Assembly (NCBI GenBank): GCA_907165135.1
Contig: OU015568.1
Location: 14,384,001-14,448,000, forward strand
DNA: 64,000 nt
Direction: 5' to 3'
Origin: Oikopleura dioica
Taxonomy: Eukaryota; Animalia; Chordata
Both the position numbers and the translations under genes were made by a program. Shown here piece by piece: positions 38,141 through 49,765 of this stretch. Each line of letters begins with the position of its first letter. Within the stretch, counting starts at the first letter, position 1. Below the pieces are notes generated by a model that worked only from the letters and a program-made list of their open reading frames with translations, was not told the origin of the DNA and searched no databases.

Positions 38141-41100
38141 TCAGTAATCTTGATCGTAGGAAATACTTATTTTCTGAGACACTCTGCTTTGAAGCTTATC
38201 TTTTTGTCTCGAGAAGCAAGGTTCAACAAAATACCAAAGGAATACGAGCACTGTGATCGCAGCGGTGCTCAGAAACATTTGCTTGTTGGCAGAAAGCGAG
38301 ATATCGGGCAGGGCTTAAATCCAGTCAGCAAGCAAGCATTTGAATCGAGGATTATTTACCATTAACTTTGACGATGAATGAGACCCGAAGATCGCATCCA
38401 CTGGCATTTTGGTCGAGGAGGATTGCGCTCATGACGTATCGACCAGGCTTGGTGAAGATGAACTGATTGGTACAACCACCATCAGTGATTCCTTCTGATG
38501 AGCACAGTAGGGGCGCATAGCCAGTGAAATTTTCTGCGTTTTCTGGGATCTAAATTTATTCCATCAGAATCCAAAATCTTATCAACTCAAAGACAACCTC
38601 AAGCAAATTGTCCAGGACAGATTCTTCGTACTCTCCATTTTCATCCAAGAGCCCTTCAATCACAGAATCTCTTATTCGCTTGTTGATGCTCTCTCGATTT
38701 TGAACCAATGTTTCAACTGGAACTTTGAGCCTTGAATTTAGTTCGGAAAATGTCTCGTCCGGAATTGTAGCATTTGGATTGTCGCGACAAGAGACGAAAT
38801 TTTGTCGATTCCAGACATCTCTGAAGTCGAAATCGTTTTCGGAGAAGACGGAATCACGTGACTTTCCGAGAGCGAGGAGGATCTTATCTAGCTGGCCGAT
38901 GTATGATTGGTGAGCACCGGTGCAGCCGGCCATTTGGCCATTGAAAGTGTATTGATAGACAGAAGTATTGGAATTGATATCGTTCATTTCTAAGATCCCT
39001 TTCGCCAGCGGCGCATACGATCTGGACTGAGAATTCATCAGCTCCATCGTATTCTTGACCAAGTTAAACGTCTTTCTTTCTTCATTGGTGCCCATGAAGC
39101 CAGAACCTCCGGTTATTTCGCCAAGAACAACAAGTGTGTGCTCTTTGTAACCAAAGTCGTATTCCTGCTTGTTTTCGTCGACAATTTTGAATTCTGGAAA
39201 GAATGGTTTTCCAACGTTTGCTTCGATCATAAAACTAGGCATGTAATAATATCGCTTGAAAAAGATACTGACCAAAAAAGGTGAAAAATTTTCTATTTTT
39301 TTCACAATAAAATCGGATCGCCAAAAATGAAATATCTTTTCCTGGAAAGGACAGTTGACTTTGGTACACTTTCCACTGCCTCTTTTGTGCTCAGAATTCG
39401 TAAAACCAACTTGTGATTCCAAATATGTCTTCGTCTCGCTACTTTTCGTCAGCTTTCCATTTTCATCGACGTGAAATTGAAATATATTTGAAAGAAAAAA
39501 GTGAGTCATGGAGTGTAATCCTTCATAGACCCATTTTCCGGCTGCGACATTGTCATCGGGCTCAATTAATCGAGTCTCAGTCGGGCAAGTTCCGTAGTGA
39601 AGCAAGGAGACGGAAAAGGAAGGCTCTGTGCAACTCATTACTGTGTCTGTTATGTACCAGGAGACGAAGGGAACGATTCGTGTACCGGGTTCATCTCTTA
39701 AATAATTTTGATGAATAGAAGATTTTTGATTCGAATTTCACCTTGAAGTTTCTTTCGGATTTACCAAAGTACTAATTTTCTTCGTATAAATCTCGTTCTG
39801 ATCACGAGAATCATCAGTTTCGTAAGAAAGAACCATTTCATTCGGCACTGAAGTCGTGACCACAACTGCTACCGGACTTGTTCCGCGAAGAGTCGCAACG
39901 GGCTTGACGCTCTCTTTGGAATCAAGGATGAGAGTGCTGTTTTCCAATGAGTTCTTTTGAATCACGCATGGTTTGGAGGCGGATTGGGTCGTTGTGAGAG
40001 TACTGAGCTCGTAGATATCAGAGGCAGAGTGGAAAGAAGCTTCGTCAGATGGGAGTTTGATGATTTTGCTCATCGACTAAATTTTATGATTATATTGACT
40101 ATCTTTTCGTAAAAGTAAAGCCTACCTGTAAAGCAAACTTCGTAGTGTCCGTATTGGAACCTCCAAAAGAAGGGATTTCTTCGATATTAACTCGGAAATA
40201 CCCCTCTTTGCCGTAGTAAATCTTTCGATTATTTGGCGCAGGATTTCCAGTGTCTGTTATCACCATGAAATCCCCCAACTCGCCGCTAACAAATGAAAGT
40301 ATAGTTTCTCCACTCGGTGGGAAATTGCTTCCAGACTAGAAAAATTAAAATTTCATCGCAATATAGTGCTTACGAATTTCAATCGCATCGGAAGATATCC
40401 CTCAAAGGATGAGTAAAATAAGCTGTTGACGTTCCAGAGGAACATTCCTCCAGTCGATGCTTCTGACAACTGGATCTTCAAATCTGTTGCGCCCGTCAAA
40501 GTGATTTCGGATATCGCATCACCAGGTTCTAAGAAATGGTCGAAAATCGAAAACTGTCCGTTTCAACCTGGAAAAGATGAGTTGAACAAGACTGTGTTTG
40601 AGCCAGAATTGGTCGAATAATGAACGCAAACTGCTGCTCTAACCATGCTCAGGCCTGCATCTTTGTAGGCTGAATAATCTGTTACCATCGAGGTCTAAAG
40701 AACAAGCTTACTTGTCGAAGTAAACGTCGTATTGACCGCATAGTTCATCAAACCCTGCATCGAGAGAGCATCATTCTCCTCCATGATTTTTGCTGATAAA
40801 GAGTCAATTTTTTTCCTTGAAAGATTGATTAAAAAGATGACCCCTGCCTGTGTAAACTGAGTAATCAATGCCATTTTCCGAGGTCAAGATTGAGAGAAAA
40901 TTGTAGTGTTCAAACTCTTCGCGAACTTTTCTTGGATACGTCAGAATCTTCTTGACGTCGTCGAAGCCTGCATCTGGCCAGCTTCCGGGCTCTAATGCGA
41001 AGACGTCTTTTTCCAGTGTCGCATTTGTCAATTTCAATGAAATTCCCTTCTACAAAAGCCTTTACTAAGAAGGAAATCGTGGTACTAACGTTTTCACCGA

Positions 41101-41400
41101 GTAGAACAATCGCTGGACACATTTTGCTTCCACACTTGATAAAAGACTCCGATTGAAATTTAACATTGATAGCAGTGGTGTCTGAAGTACCGTCACTGAG
41201 CTAAAACGTCATAAAAAAGAAGAACTGATTTGTCAAGAAACCTTAGAAACGGAGCTTCCGTCAAACTCATAAATTGGATCACCATTTAGCCCGAAAAAGG
41301 AATAGTCACTGAGGCTAATCGACAAAGGATCTGTCCCAATCCATGTAATATCGGCTGCAAAGAACGACTGTATCAAAAATGCAACAATCAAATAAATCAT
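38141..41400 (-). CDS. Type I membrane protein resembling CatSper auxiliary subunit delta/epsilon
   Basis: Signal peptide MIYLIVAFLIQSFFAA; C-terminal TM MFLSTAAITVLVFLWYFV; ordered motifs HYGTCP, VNCPF, FFPEFKIVD, GEITG, AGC..HQS, VWNRQNFVSC, GCDLRVSFIVKVN. Confidence 0.5.
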
Positions 41401-41835
41401 TTTCTCTTTCTTTTGCAAGAGAAATAAGAATAGATAGAGTTGAATAATGAAAGCAAAATTGGTCTAGAAACTATCTTTATAAAATCAGATTTCATGGACA
41501 CAATAAAGAGTTTGCTAATTCTAAGGCCAATCGTATACCGCGTTCAAATTCAACCCTTTTCCTCCGCGCGGAAAATTTGTTTTCCTTTCAATTGGCTCCT
41601 GAACGAAAAGAAGCTCGGCGCCAATCAGCGCCAGTTGCCACCGAGGCGCGCGGAGGATCTTCGTGAAGAGGAAAGAGATTATCCGGTTCTAAAAGAAGAT
41701 CTTTCTCTAAATCGGGGTCCGTCAAAAAATGGCCACAAGGTAACTATTATTTTTGCCAAAGATCGAGGAGAAAGATTTTTCGAAATTCGATTTTTAACAA
41801 ATCAAAATGCCCAAAATTGATTTCTAGCCTATCAG

Positions 41836-42169
41836 ATGCAGGCTTTCCGCCCTCAGAGTGATATAACAATTTATTTTTAGAGTGCGAGTACTTGATCTGT
41901 ACAAAAGAATGCTCTGGCTTGGCCGAGATTGGCACCAAGGCCAGGCCCAGTTTACTAGGTCCCTGTCGAACGCTTTCCGAAAAAACAGCCAAGAAGAAAA
42001 CCCGGAGAAAATCGAAAAACTGATCTTTCACGCAGAATTCGTCGAAAAAGAAATTTTGGCGCTGTACCAGCTCAAGAAATATAGAAGCATGAAGAATCGA
42101 TATGGCGATCATGGGAGCTACGCAGTCGAGTGCCAGAGGATAATGCAAGCGGCCGAGGCTGATATTTAA
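41836..42169 (+). CDS. ETFRF1: LYR-motif protein, electron transfer flavoprotein regulatory factor 1 (LYRM5)
   Basis: VLDLYKRMLWLGRDW...AFRKN...NPEKIEKLI..AEFVEKEILALYQLKKYRSMKNRY; start exon uncertain. Confidence 0.85.
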
Positions 42170-42265
42170 TTCACAAACTCTCTTTTTCTTTAATATTTAT
42201 TCATGATTCGATGATTCACAATACTTCTTATTAGTTTTTATTAAATTTTTCCTTTCTATAGACTG

Positions 42266-43827
42266 ATGAGCCGCTTCATCGTCGGAATCGTCATCTCGTT
42301 ATGTTCTCTAAATTTAACGATGGCTGAGAAGAAACTCGACTTCGTTCTGGCCCTGTGGCGGCATGGCGCGCGATCGCCCATGGAATTTTCAAAAACCTCT
42401 TCGATCGGCGACAATTTCGAAATTTGGCCGGACGGGACTGGACAACTCACGGAAAATGGAAAGGAAATGCATCGACAGCTTGGGAGGTTCCTGAGAAATC
42501 GATACAAGGACTTTTATCCTTTCGACGAAGACTATAGAAGAAAAGACATTTATGTTCGATCTACTGATAGAGATAGAACCTTGCTATCTGCTGTGGCGAA
42601 TTTGGGCGCTTTCCTGAATGTCTCCACGCCCGGAATGGTCCCGTTTCCAGTTCATACAATGCCGACGGAAAATGATAATCTTCTGCGCTATCCGAATATG
42701 AATTGTAAACGATTTGCGGACATTTTAAAGAACAAAGGTTCGAAAATTTACTGGTCTCTTGGGTGACGAAATGGTTTTAGAAATCCAGGAAACTGCAGGA
42801 TACAAGGCTTTGAACGAAAAATACGCAGATGACTTCAAAAAAATGTCCGAACTTTTGAACGATACAAAAGAATATGACTTGAATAACATGTGGACGATTT
42901 TTGACAACGTCGACTGCCACAAATACAATAACTTCACAGGTTAGCTCGTTCTACTTTTCATTCTTTTTTATTGAACTCTCAGACACTGTTCCGGCTGAAC
43001 TACTATCCGGGCCACTCTATGATCGATTATCGGCGGCAGCAGGACTCGCCATGCAAACTCTCTTTACTGATGTTGAGGGAAATCGAAGAATTGAGCTTTC
43101 AAGAATGCAAGGAGGCGTCCTTCTTGGAGATATTCTGGAACAGTCAGTACCAGTATTAGTTTTAAAGCTTTTAAGCTTGACATTTGTAGACTTCGAAGTC
43201 CGTTGCAACAATATGATTTTGACGACCCAGTCAAGTACTTGGTCTATTCTGCGCACGACACGACTCTTGCAGCAGCTCTAGTAGCCATGAACGCGCAACA
43301 AGAAAATTTTAAACAGCCATTTTACGCTTCTGGTAAGTTCAAACGCTCTGGGGCTTCTGTATCTTTGTTTTAGCCCTTCTTTTCGAGCGATATTTTGATG
43401 AGGCTTCCAAAACGCACAGTGTGGAAATCTGGTACAAAAACGACGATGAGTTCACCGATTTAACTGCTGAAACATGTGGTGAAAGTCCTTGCCCCTTAGA
43501 CCAGCTGGAGTTAGCTTGGCTTCCCGTTATCCCCCTGGTAGAAGCTCAAGAATCACCTGTAACTTACTCTTTCTCTAGAATTGGGACGCGGAGTGTCACC
43601 ACATGGATCCAAGCCCAGAGCACTTTGCCGCCGTCCAAACAAAATCCAACGTCCTCGCTGTTCTTTTAGCCCTCTCCTGGGCTATCTTCATTTCGTACTT
43701 CATCCTATCCAAACGTTCAAAAAAGCACCCAGAGCGACTCGCTCTGGTAGAGCAGGAGTTCTCTATGGCCGTCGATGATAAATGGTCGAGCGTGCCTGCT
43801 TCAAACTTTGTCAACCCATCAATTTAA
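42266..43827 (+). CDS. ACP2: Lysosomal-type histidine acid phosphatase with C-terminal TM
   Basis: Signal peptide, RHGARSP, GQLT..G, YVRSTDRDRTLLSA, YSAHDTTL, TM VLAVLLALSWAIFISYFIL. Confidence 0.82.
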
Positions 43828-43977
43828 GTTTCTTCCTGTGTGTGTATACTGTATTTTGTATTTCAGCTTCTGTATTTGTTTATAACGGTTATTACCTATT
43901 TCATATTTTCCGAATCTACCCATCAAACGGTTCCGATTAACTTCAATTCATTTTCAACGATAAATTCTGCTGTTTAG

Positions 43978-46094
43978 ATGCAACGAATTTCGTTTTTCCG
44001 ATGGATCTATCTTTTGCTCACTAATTCCTTTCGCCTGGGCTGGCTGTGCCTCCTCATCAAAATGTGGTTCGATCAGAAAACTGTCAACGAAATCGTCCCC
44101 GACGAGTTCAACCTTGTCAAAAAGCACACAATCGGTCGCTACATTTTTCTCACGCACTTGAATCAAATGTCCCACAAGATCGCTTTTCTTGCGCTGTTTT
44201 GTGCTGATCTCGGTCTTGTCCGTTGGAGAATGGCTTCGATGTTGTTCCAAAGTTACGTGATACCTCAAACGACTACAACTTTTGTTATTTACTGGGCAAT
44301 GTACATGAAGGATCCCTCGCTCGTGCGCAATCCCAAAACAGTAGAAGTAGGAGTCGTATGAATAACTGAGATGGATGATTTCAAAAAACTCTTTGTGGGG
44401 CCGGAAATCGTAAAAAATCTATGAGTGCAGTTTTCTTCAGCTCGTCGAGACGAGTCGAATGATGGGTCTAACTCCTGATAACTGTCAGAATATACCGGTT
44501 TACCGGCTGGTTACCGGAAAATACGTTGTCACCCGCCGTTTTTGTTCTAGAAGTGGTAAACAGATGATCGACCCAGGAAATTGTTCCTTATAGTCGGTTC
44601 TACTCTAGGCTCAAAGATGAGGCTCCTATCACTACTCTGAAGAGAGTTATCACTAAAATACTATTTATGGCAGAAATGGGACTAAAAATCAGGAACGTGC
44701 AGCAACAACAAAATGCATGTAAAATTTACTGTTTTTGTGATAACTCTCTTCAGAGTAGTGATACGAGCCTCATCTTTGAGCCTAGAGTAGAACCGAATAT
44801 AAGGAACAATTTCCTGGGTCGATCATCTGTTAACCACTTCTAGAACAAAAACGGCGGGTGACAACGTATTTTCCGGTAACCAGCCGGTAAACCGGTAAAT
44901 CCTGACAGTTATCAGGAGTAAGACCCATCATACGACTCGTCTCGACGAGCTGAAGAAAACTGCACTGACAGATTTTTTACGATTTCCGGCCGCACAAAAA
45001 GTTTTTTGAAATCATCATGAAATTAAAAAACTTTATTTGAGGCAAAATTTTTCAAAAATATTTTATGGCCTCATATAAAAGAATGGAAAATTCTGAGTCG
45101 ATTGGTCTTCTTCCGGCTCTATAATTTTTTGGAATGACGTCATAATGACTAATTTTCCTCAAAAAACTTTGGGGCCGATTTTGAAGGGGTTTCCGATTGA
45201 ATTTTTCGGCGTTCTTGGGCTCGTAAGAATCGTCATCAAAAATTGAGGGGGGGTCTCCGCGGATTTCGAGAAATTCTAAGAGAAACACCTTCAAACCGAC
45301 CGGTCGAAAAGTGGTCAAAAATTTTTTCTTGAGTTTTTTCAAAACCCTTAAAAACCCCCCCTCAGTTTTTTACGACGATTTTTTTGAGCTATAGAACGTC
45401 GAATAAATCTAACAGAAACCCCCATAAAAGTGGCCCCAAAATTTACTCAAAATGCACAAATTTGGACTTTATTTCGTAATTTGTGACGTCATAAAGTCTA
45501 AATTTTTTGGTCAAATCTAGTCCATTCGACTCAGCTTTTCTGCTCTTTCTTCTGGGCACGAAAAAGTTTTTTTACGAAAATTTGCCTCAAGTGAAGTTTT
45601 TTAATTTCATCTGACACTATTCCTTGACTTTTCAGTACATTCCTGAGCGCTTGGATTTCCTTCTTCATACAGCTATTTTTCCCGCAATGGTAAACGAGCT
45701 GATCATGGGGCGCCACAAAATTTCGATAAGACGATCGATGAAAGATGCCCTTGTTTTTCTATCGTCAAGGGATTCTGAAGTCTATTCTATCTCCTAAAGA
45801 CCAGCACCCGATTGGCCCCCTCTAATGCAGAGAAAACTGTTCTCCTTTAAATTATATTTTGAATCCCCGTGTTAGTTCTACTGCGTCGTATGTATTTCCT
45901 ACAACCTGTCGACCGGCTACTGGCCATATGGATTCCTCGAGCGTCTGGGACTCTACAAAGCGATGGGTGTCCTGATTCCACTTTACTTTCTCGTCTGCTT
46001 TATCGCTCTTTGCCTGGCGAAGTTACTCTCCGCGATCTCGTTTTACATCTTGCCCGACTCCGCCGAGAAGCAGTGTTCCGTTAAAAACGACTAA
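43978..46094 (+). CDS. AIG1/ADTRP (FAR-17a) family membrane hydrolase, copy 1
   Basis: YIFLTHLN, VIYWAMYMKDPSLV, exon from 45636 YIPERLDFLLHT, last exon TGYWPYGFL; intron 44356-45635 expanded by transposons. Confidence 0.8.
44370..45611. mobile_element. Outer non-autonomous DNA transposon GATGAAATT...AATTTCATC with 3-bp TSD TGA
   Basis: About 35-bp TIR; the left arm is split by the inner element (G at 44370 plus 45017-45050), right arm about 45577-45611; TGA at 44367-44369 and 45612-45614; removal restores a 35-nt intron. Confidence 0.75.
44374..45016. mobile_element. Fold-back element GATGATTTC...GAAATCATC with about 290-bp arms and 3-bp TSD ATG
   Basis: Near-perfect inverted repeat 44374-~44665 / ~44725-45016; ATG at 44371-44373 and 45017-45019. 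Confidence 0.9.
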
Positions 46095-46422
46095 TAGCTA
46101 GAAACCAATAATTCTGACTTTTCTTCAAGCCATTGTTTGCCGTAGATGAAAAAACTAATCATTCTACTTGTATACCAAGATGCATTCTGCCCTGACAAGC
46201 AAGTCTTTATTACTCTCTTTCGTCCAACTGTTGCCTCCTTTATCTTTTCAAACAACGAACCGTTATCGTAATAGGTTAATAAAAATAATATAAAAATAAA
46301 GTTTTTTTGTTGAACAAGTTATTTGTAGGTTATTCTTTTTGGTATGAAAGCATCTCCTGTAGCCTTGAAGTTATGAATCATCTTGAACTTATGATGAACA
46401 GAAAACTCAGTTCAGAGAGATC

Positions 46423-48034
46423 ATGAGTTTACTAAAACACGGCCCTCGGCGAGCTCTATCTTCAGTATTCAAGTACAAAATACAGTTGAAACCTGCGCCC
46501 CCTCGAATCGTCCCAATGTCCCAACTTCCATTCGAAGATGGCTTCAGGGAGTTTTTCGTCGACATCATGAAAATCGAGAATCAGAGAGCAGATGAAATTA
46601 TGGGATTATTGGACAGTAGTGAGAATGAAGCATTGAGAAAGATGTTTATGTACATGAGATTATGCACCCACGATTATGAGGAATATGAAGCGATGTACGA
46701 AAGAGCAGAGGAATTCGCGCTGGAGATATCGAAAAGCATACTGGTGAACGATGAAAAAATATACAGCGGATTCGTCGTCCTGGAAGACGGAAGTCACGTG
46801 GGAGAAATAGAAGACGAAGCATTAGACTCGATAATTCAAGAAGGAGTCAGTGACACGAAAGAAATGCATAGAAGATGGTACCTGAGAAATTTCTTTGGAC
46901 AGTTCTACCTGAAAACAGCTTCCAGAGCACTTACTGAGCGATTAAAAAGCTCGTATTCCGACAGGAAAATACAACTTACTCCGCAGCAGAAGAAACTATA
47001 TCTTTGCGAGCCTGAAATGACGCATTTAGATGTTCATTCTTTGCTCCAAGAGAAAGTGGCGACTTCGGAGATATCAATCGAGAATTTTCAAAGAACGGCA
47101 AAGATCAAATTCCCGATTTATACGAGAAATGGGCAGCAACTTGCCTATCGATTTTATGTGGATCAAGGGCTGAATGAAACAGAGGCAATCAATGCGTAAG
47201 TAAATCTTGTTATCAGGGCATTTTGGGCATGGCTGAAGACATTTTCAAGGTTCGATACGTTGTCAATCGATGAGCGAGCATACTGGTACTTTTTAAAATA
47301 TCTACTTGCTTGGTTCCGAAAAGGGCACAACTTAATCTCCTGCACCGAGCTTTTCTCCCTCAACGAATTAATTCTCACAGAGCTCATTCACCAATTTAAC
47401 AGTTCAAAAGGTAGCATTTTTACCTATTCAAAGTTCAAGCTAACACTTTTGCTCAAGGAAAAGGTCGGACAACAAAGAGATGGCTGACATTGAGGACGGA
47501 GCTGATCAAGCACTATGAAATCCGGGTCACGCGCTTTGAAGCATTTTTTCGCGCGTTGGAATACGAATGCGCCTTGAAATCATTGACAGACGCGAAACAA
47601 CCAAAGTGAGTCCAAAATTATTTTATCTGCTTTTTGATCATCTGTCATATTTTAGGCTTGCAGTTAGATATGAAGACTTGCATCTCAACCAACGCAGGAT
47701 CATCTCCTACGCCTTCGATAAAATAGCAGAAACGCCAGTAGACGAGCAACCTCATCTTCTAACTACCCTTGTTTCTTCAAAAGTTCCACAGCCCGCCTGG
47801 ACCTGTATTTACTCGACTTTGAACACGTCGATACAAGATATGAACATGAGCGAGCTCGCCACCGTCGTAAAACGGCTCAAATGCGACGATCTTCCATACG
47901 AAATCGAGAAAAATGAAGCCGAAAGCATTCTCATCGGGGTTTCAGGACTCGTTAAAATACGGACGAAAAGAAGCAGGAGGCCTAAAAAGTCTGATTCTGA
48001 AGAATTAGAAAACTTAATAGAAGCTGATAGCTGA
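46423..48034 (+). CDS. Uncharacterised protein, possibly mitochondrial
   Basis: 258-aa first exon with basic amphipathic N-terminus (MSLLKHGPRRALSSVF); further exons to stop at 48034; no family recognised. Confidence 0.6.
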
Positions 48035-48072
48035 TCTTAAAAGCTGTTAAATCATCAGGATATAATTTTAGA

Positions 48073-48757
48073 ATGATAAATCTGGTGCGCTTTTTCGTCA
48101 TTTTCTACATGTTTTACGAGACATACTGTCGAAACAACCTCGATATTCCTGTCCACTTAGACGGGGCAAGAGCATATCTTGGTCTTTGGCGATTCTTGAC
48201 GTATCAGAACTTTCAGATTTTGACGCTTACGAATGCTCTTCTCTTTCTCGGCCAGTTTTCGTCAAAATGTAAATAGTCTCTCGTACAATAACATTAAATG
48301 ATTGTTTTTAGGTCATTATCTGGGAAAACGGCTGTTGTTCGGAGTCTCTTTCGCTGCAAACTCTATCGTTTTTTCGATGTTCTGGGCGATCTGGTTTCTT
48401 GATCGGGAGCTTATCTTCCCTAGGGCCCTCGATCCTTACTACCCGATGTGGATGAATTTGAACGAGCACTTCTGGATCCTCCCAATCGTTTTGATGAACA
48501 TCTTTTCACTCGAACGACCTAATTTCTCGAAGAAATCTTCATCTTTCTGGCTTTCCTCTTACGCTTGCTTCTACGGAGCTCTTTTGATTCATATTCATGA
48601 GAAAACTGGCAAATGGGTTTATCCATTTTTGAACGTGATGAAGTTTACTCATCTTGTGATATTTTTCCCTGCTGTTTTTGTCATCGCAGGTGTCTTCCAC
48701 AATTTAGGATTTTACTTGAACGCGAAGGCGAATCCGGAGAAAAAGAAGACCCAGTAA
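48073..48757 (+). CDS. AIG1/ADTRP family membrane hydrolase, copy 2
   Basis: WRFLTYQN, MFWAIWFLDRELIFP, WMNLNEH, TGKWVYPFL. Confidence 0.87.
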
Positions 48758-49030
48758 AAATTCTCGTGAAAAACTTGTAGTGTCTTTTTCCTTCACAGTT
48801 TTAGACTATTTTGACTTCCCGTTACACCTTTTTTGCCTCATGCGAACTCAATCATTTTTCAAAGAAAAAACGCATTTTTAATGATCCTGACTCTTCCACG
48901 ATTCCTACAACCTCCTCACTAAAATCACTGATTACCAGGAGATTTTGATTCACCTCCTGCGCCTCCCACATTCTTCAATTACAGTAGACTCACTCGATCA
49001 ACCTCGTTTCTTACTTCTTCGCTTTAGAAC

Positions 49031-49633
49031 ATGGATGACCTCGGAATCGAGCCCGTGTACTTACTCAAAGATCGTCACATTCCAGCAGTAACGCAAGAGA
49101 CTGGCGCAAATAATCTCATTGTCGCTAGAGGTTAAAAATCGTTCCTAGCTCTTATATTCAAAGATTTTTAAGGATTGAAACACGCGTATCATAAATTTTG
49201 CCAAAAGAAGCTGAAAGAGACGCTTTCGGATTTCCTCCCTGATCTTCCTGGTGTTCAAAACACCCCTGCAGAGAGTGGAACTGGCATCAGAGCATTGATA
49301 GAAGGACCTCAGCCCATCGCAAAGCCACTTGAATATCTAACTGCTAATCAAATGGAAAGCTTTCGTCTCCAATCGTAAAAAATGCACTTCGATCAATTTG
49401 TTTCAACTTTTCAAGGTCGAATGTGGGTGCAACTGCACTGCCTGAAAAACTAGTAGAAGAACTTCACACAGCCCCTAGAAGAAAGCGGAAAAAAGACAAA
49501 TCGAGTAAAGACAAATCAAAAGGTGTGCGCTTTATTTTCCTCTATGCTTTCAACGTCATTTTCAGACCCGAAGAAAAAGAAGGAGAAAAAAGACAAAAAA
49601 GATAAGAAGAAAGATAAGAGAGAGATCTCATAA
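49031..49633 (+). CDS. MED19: Mediator subunit 19
   Basis: PVYLLK..TGANNLI...LKHAYHKFCQKKLKETLSDFLPDLPG...IRALIE...FRL and Lys-rich tail; the start may lie further upstream. Confidence 0.87.
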
Positions 49634-49765
49634 CACGATACCTTTTCGCTTTTTCCAACCGTTCATTATTTTTTCGTGTCGATATCTGTCATCCTGCCAT
49701 TTTGCTTTTCTAAATCTAAGACTATTGAAATTTTATCGCTTGAAAAACAGAGAAAAATTGTTAGA

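Noticed and set aside
44356-45635. AIG1 copy 1 as a transposon-disrupted pseudogene
   Set aside because: The insertions lie within a GT-AG intron, and the His-containing exon resumes in frame at 45636
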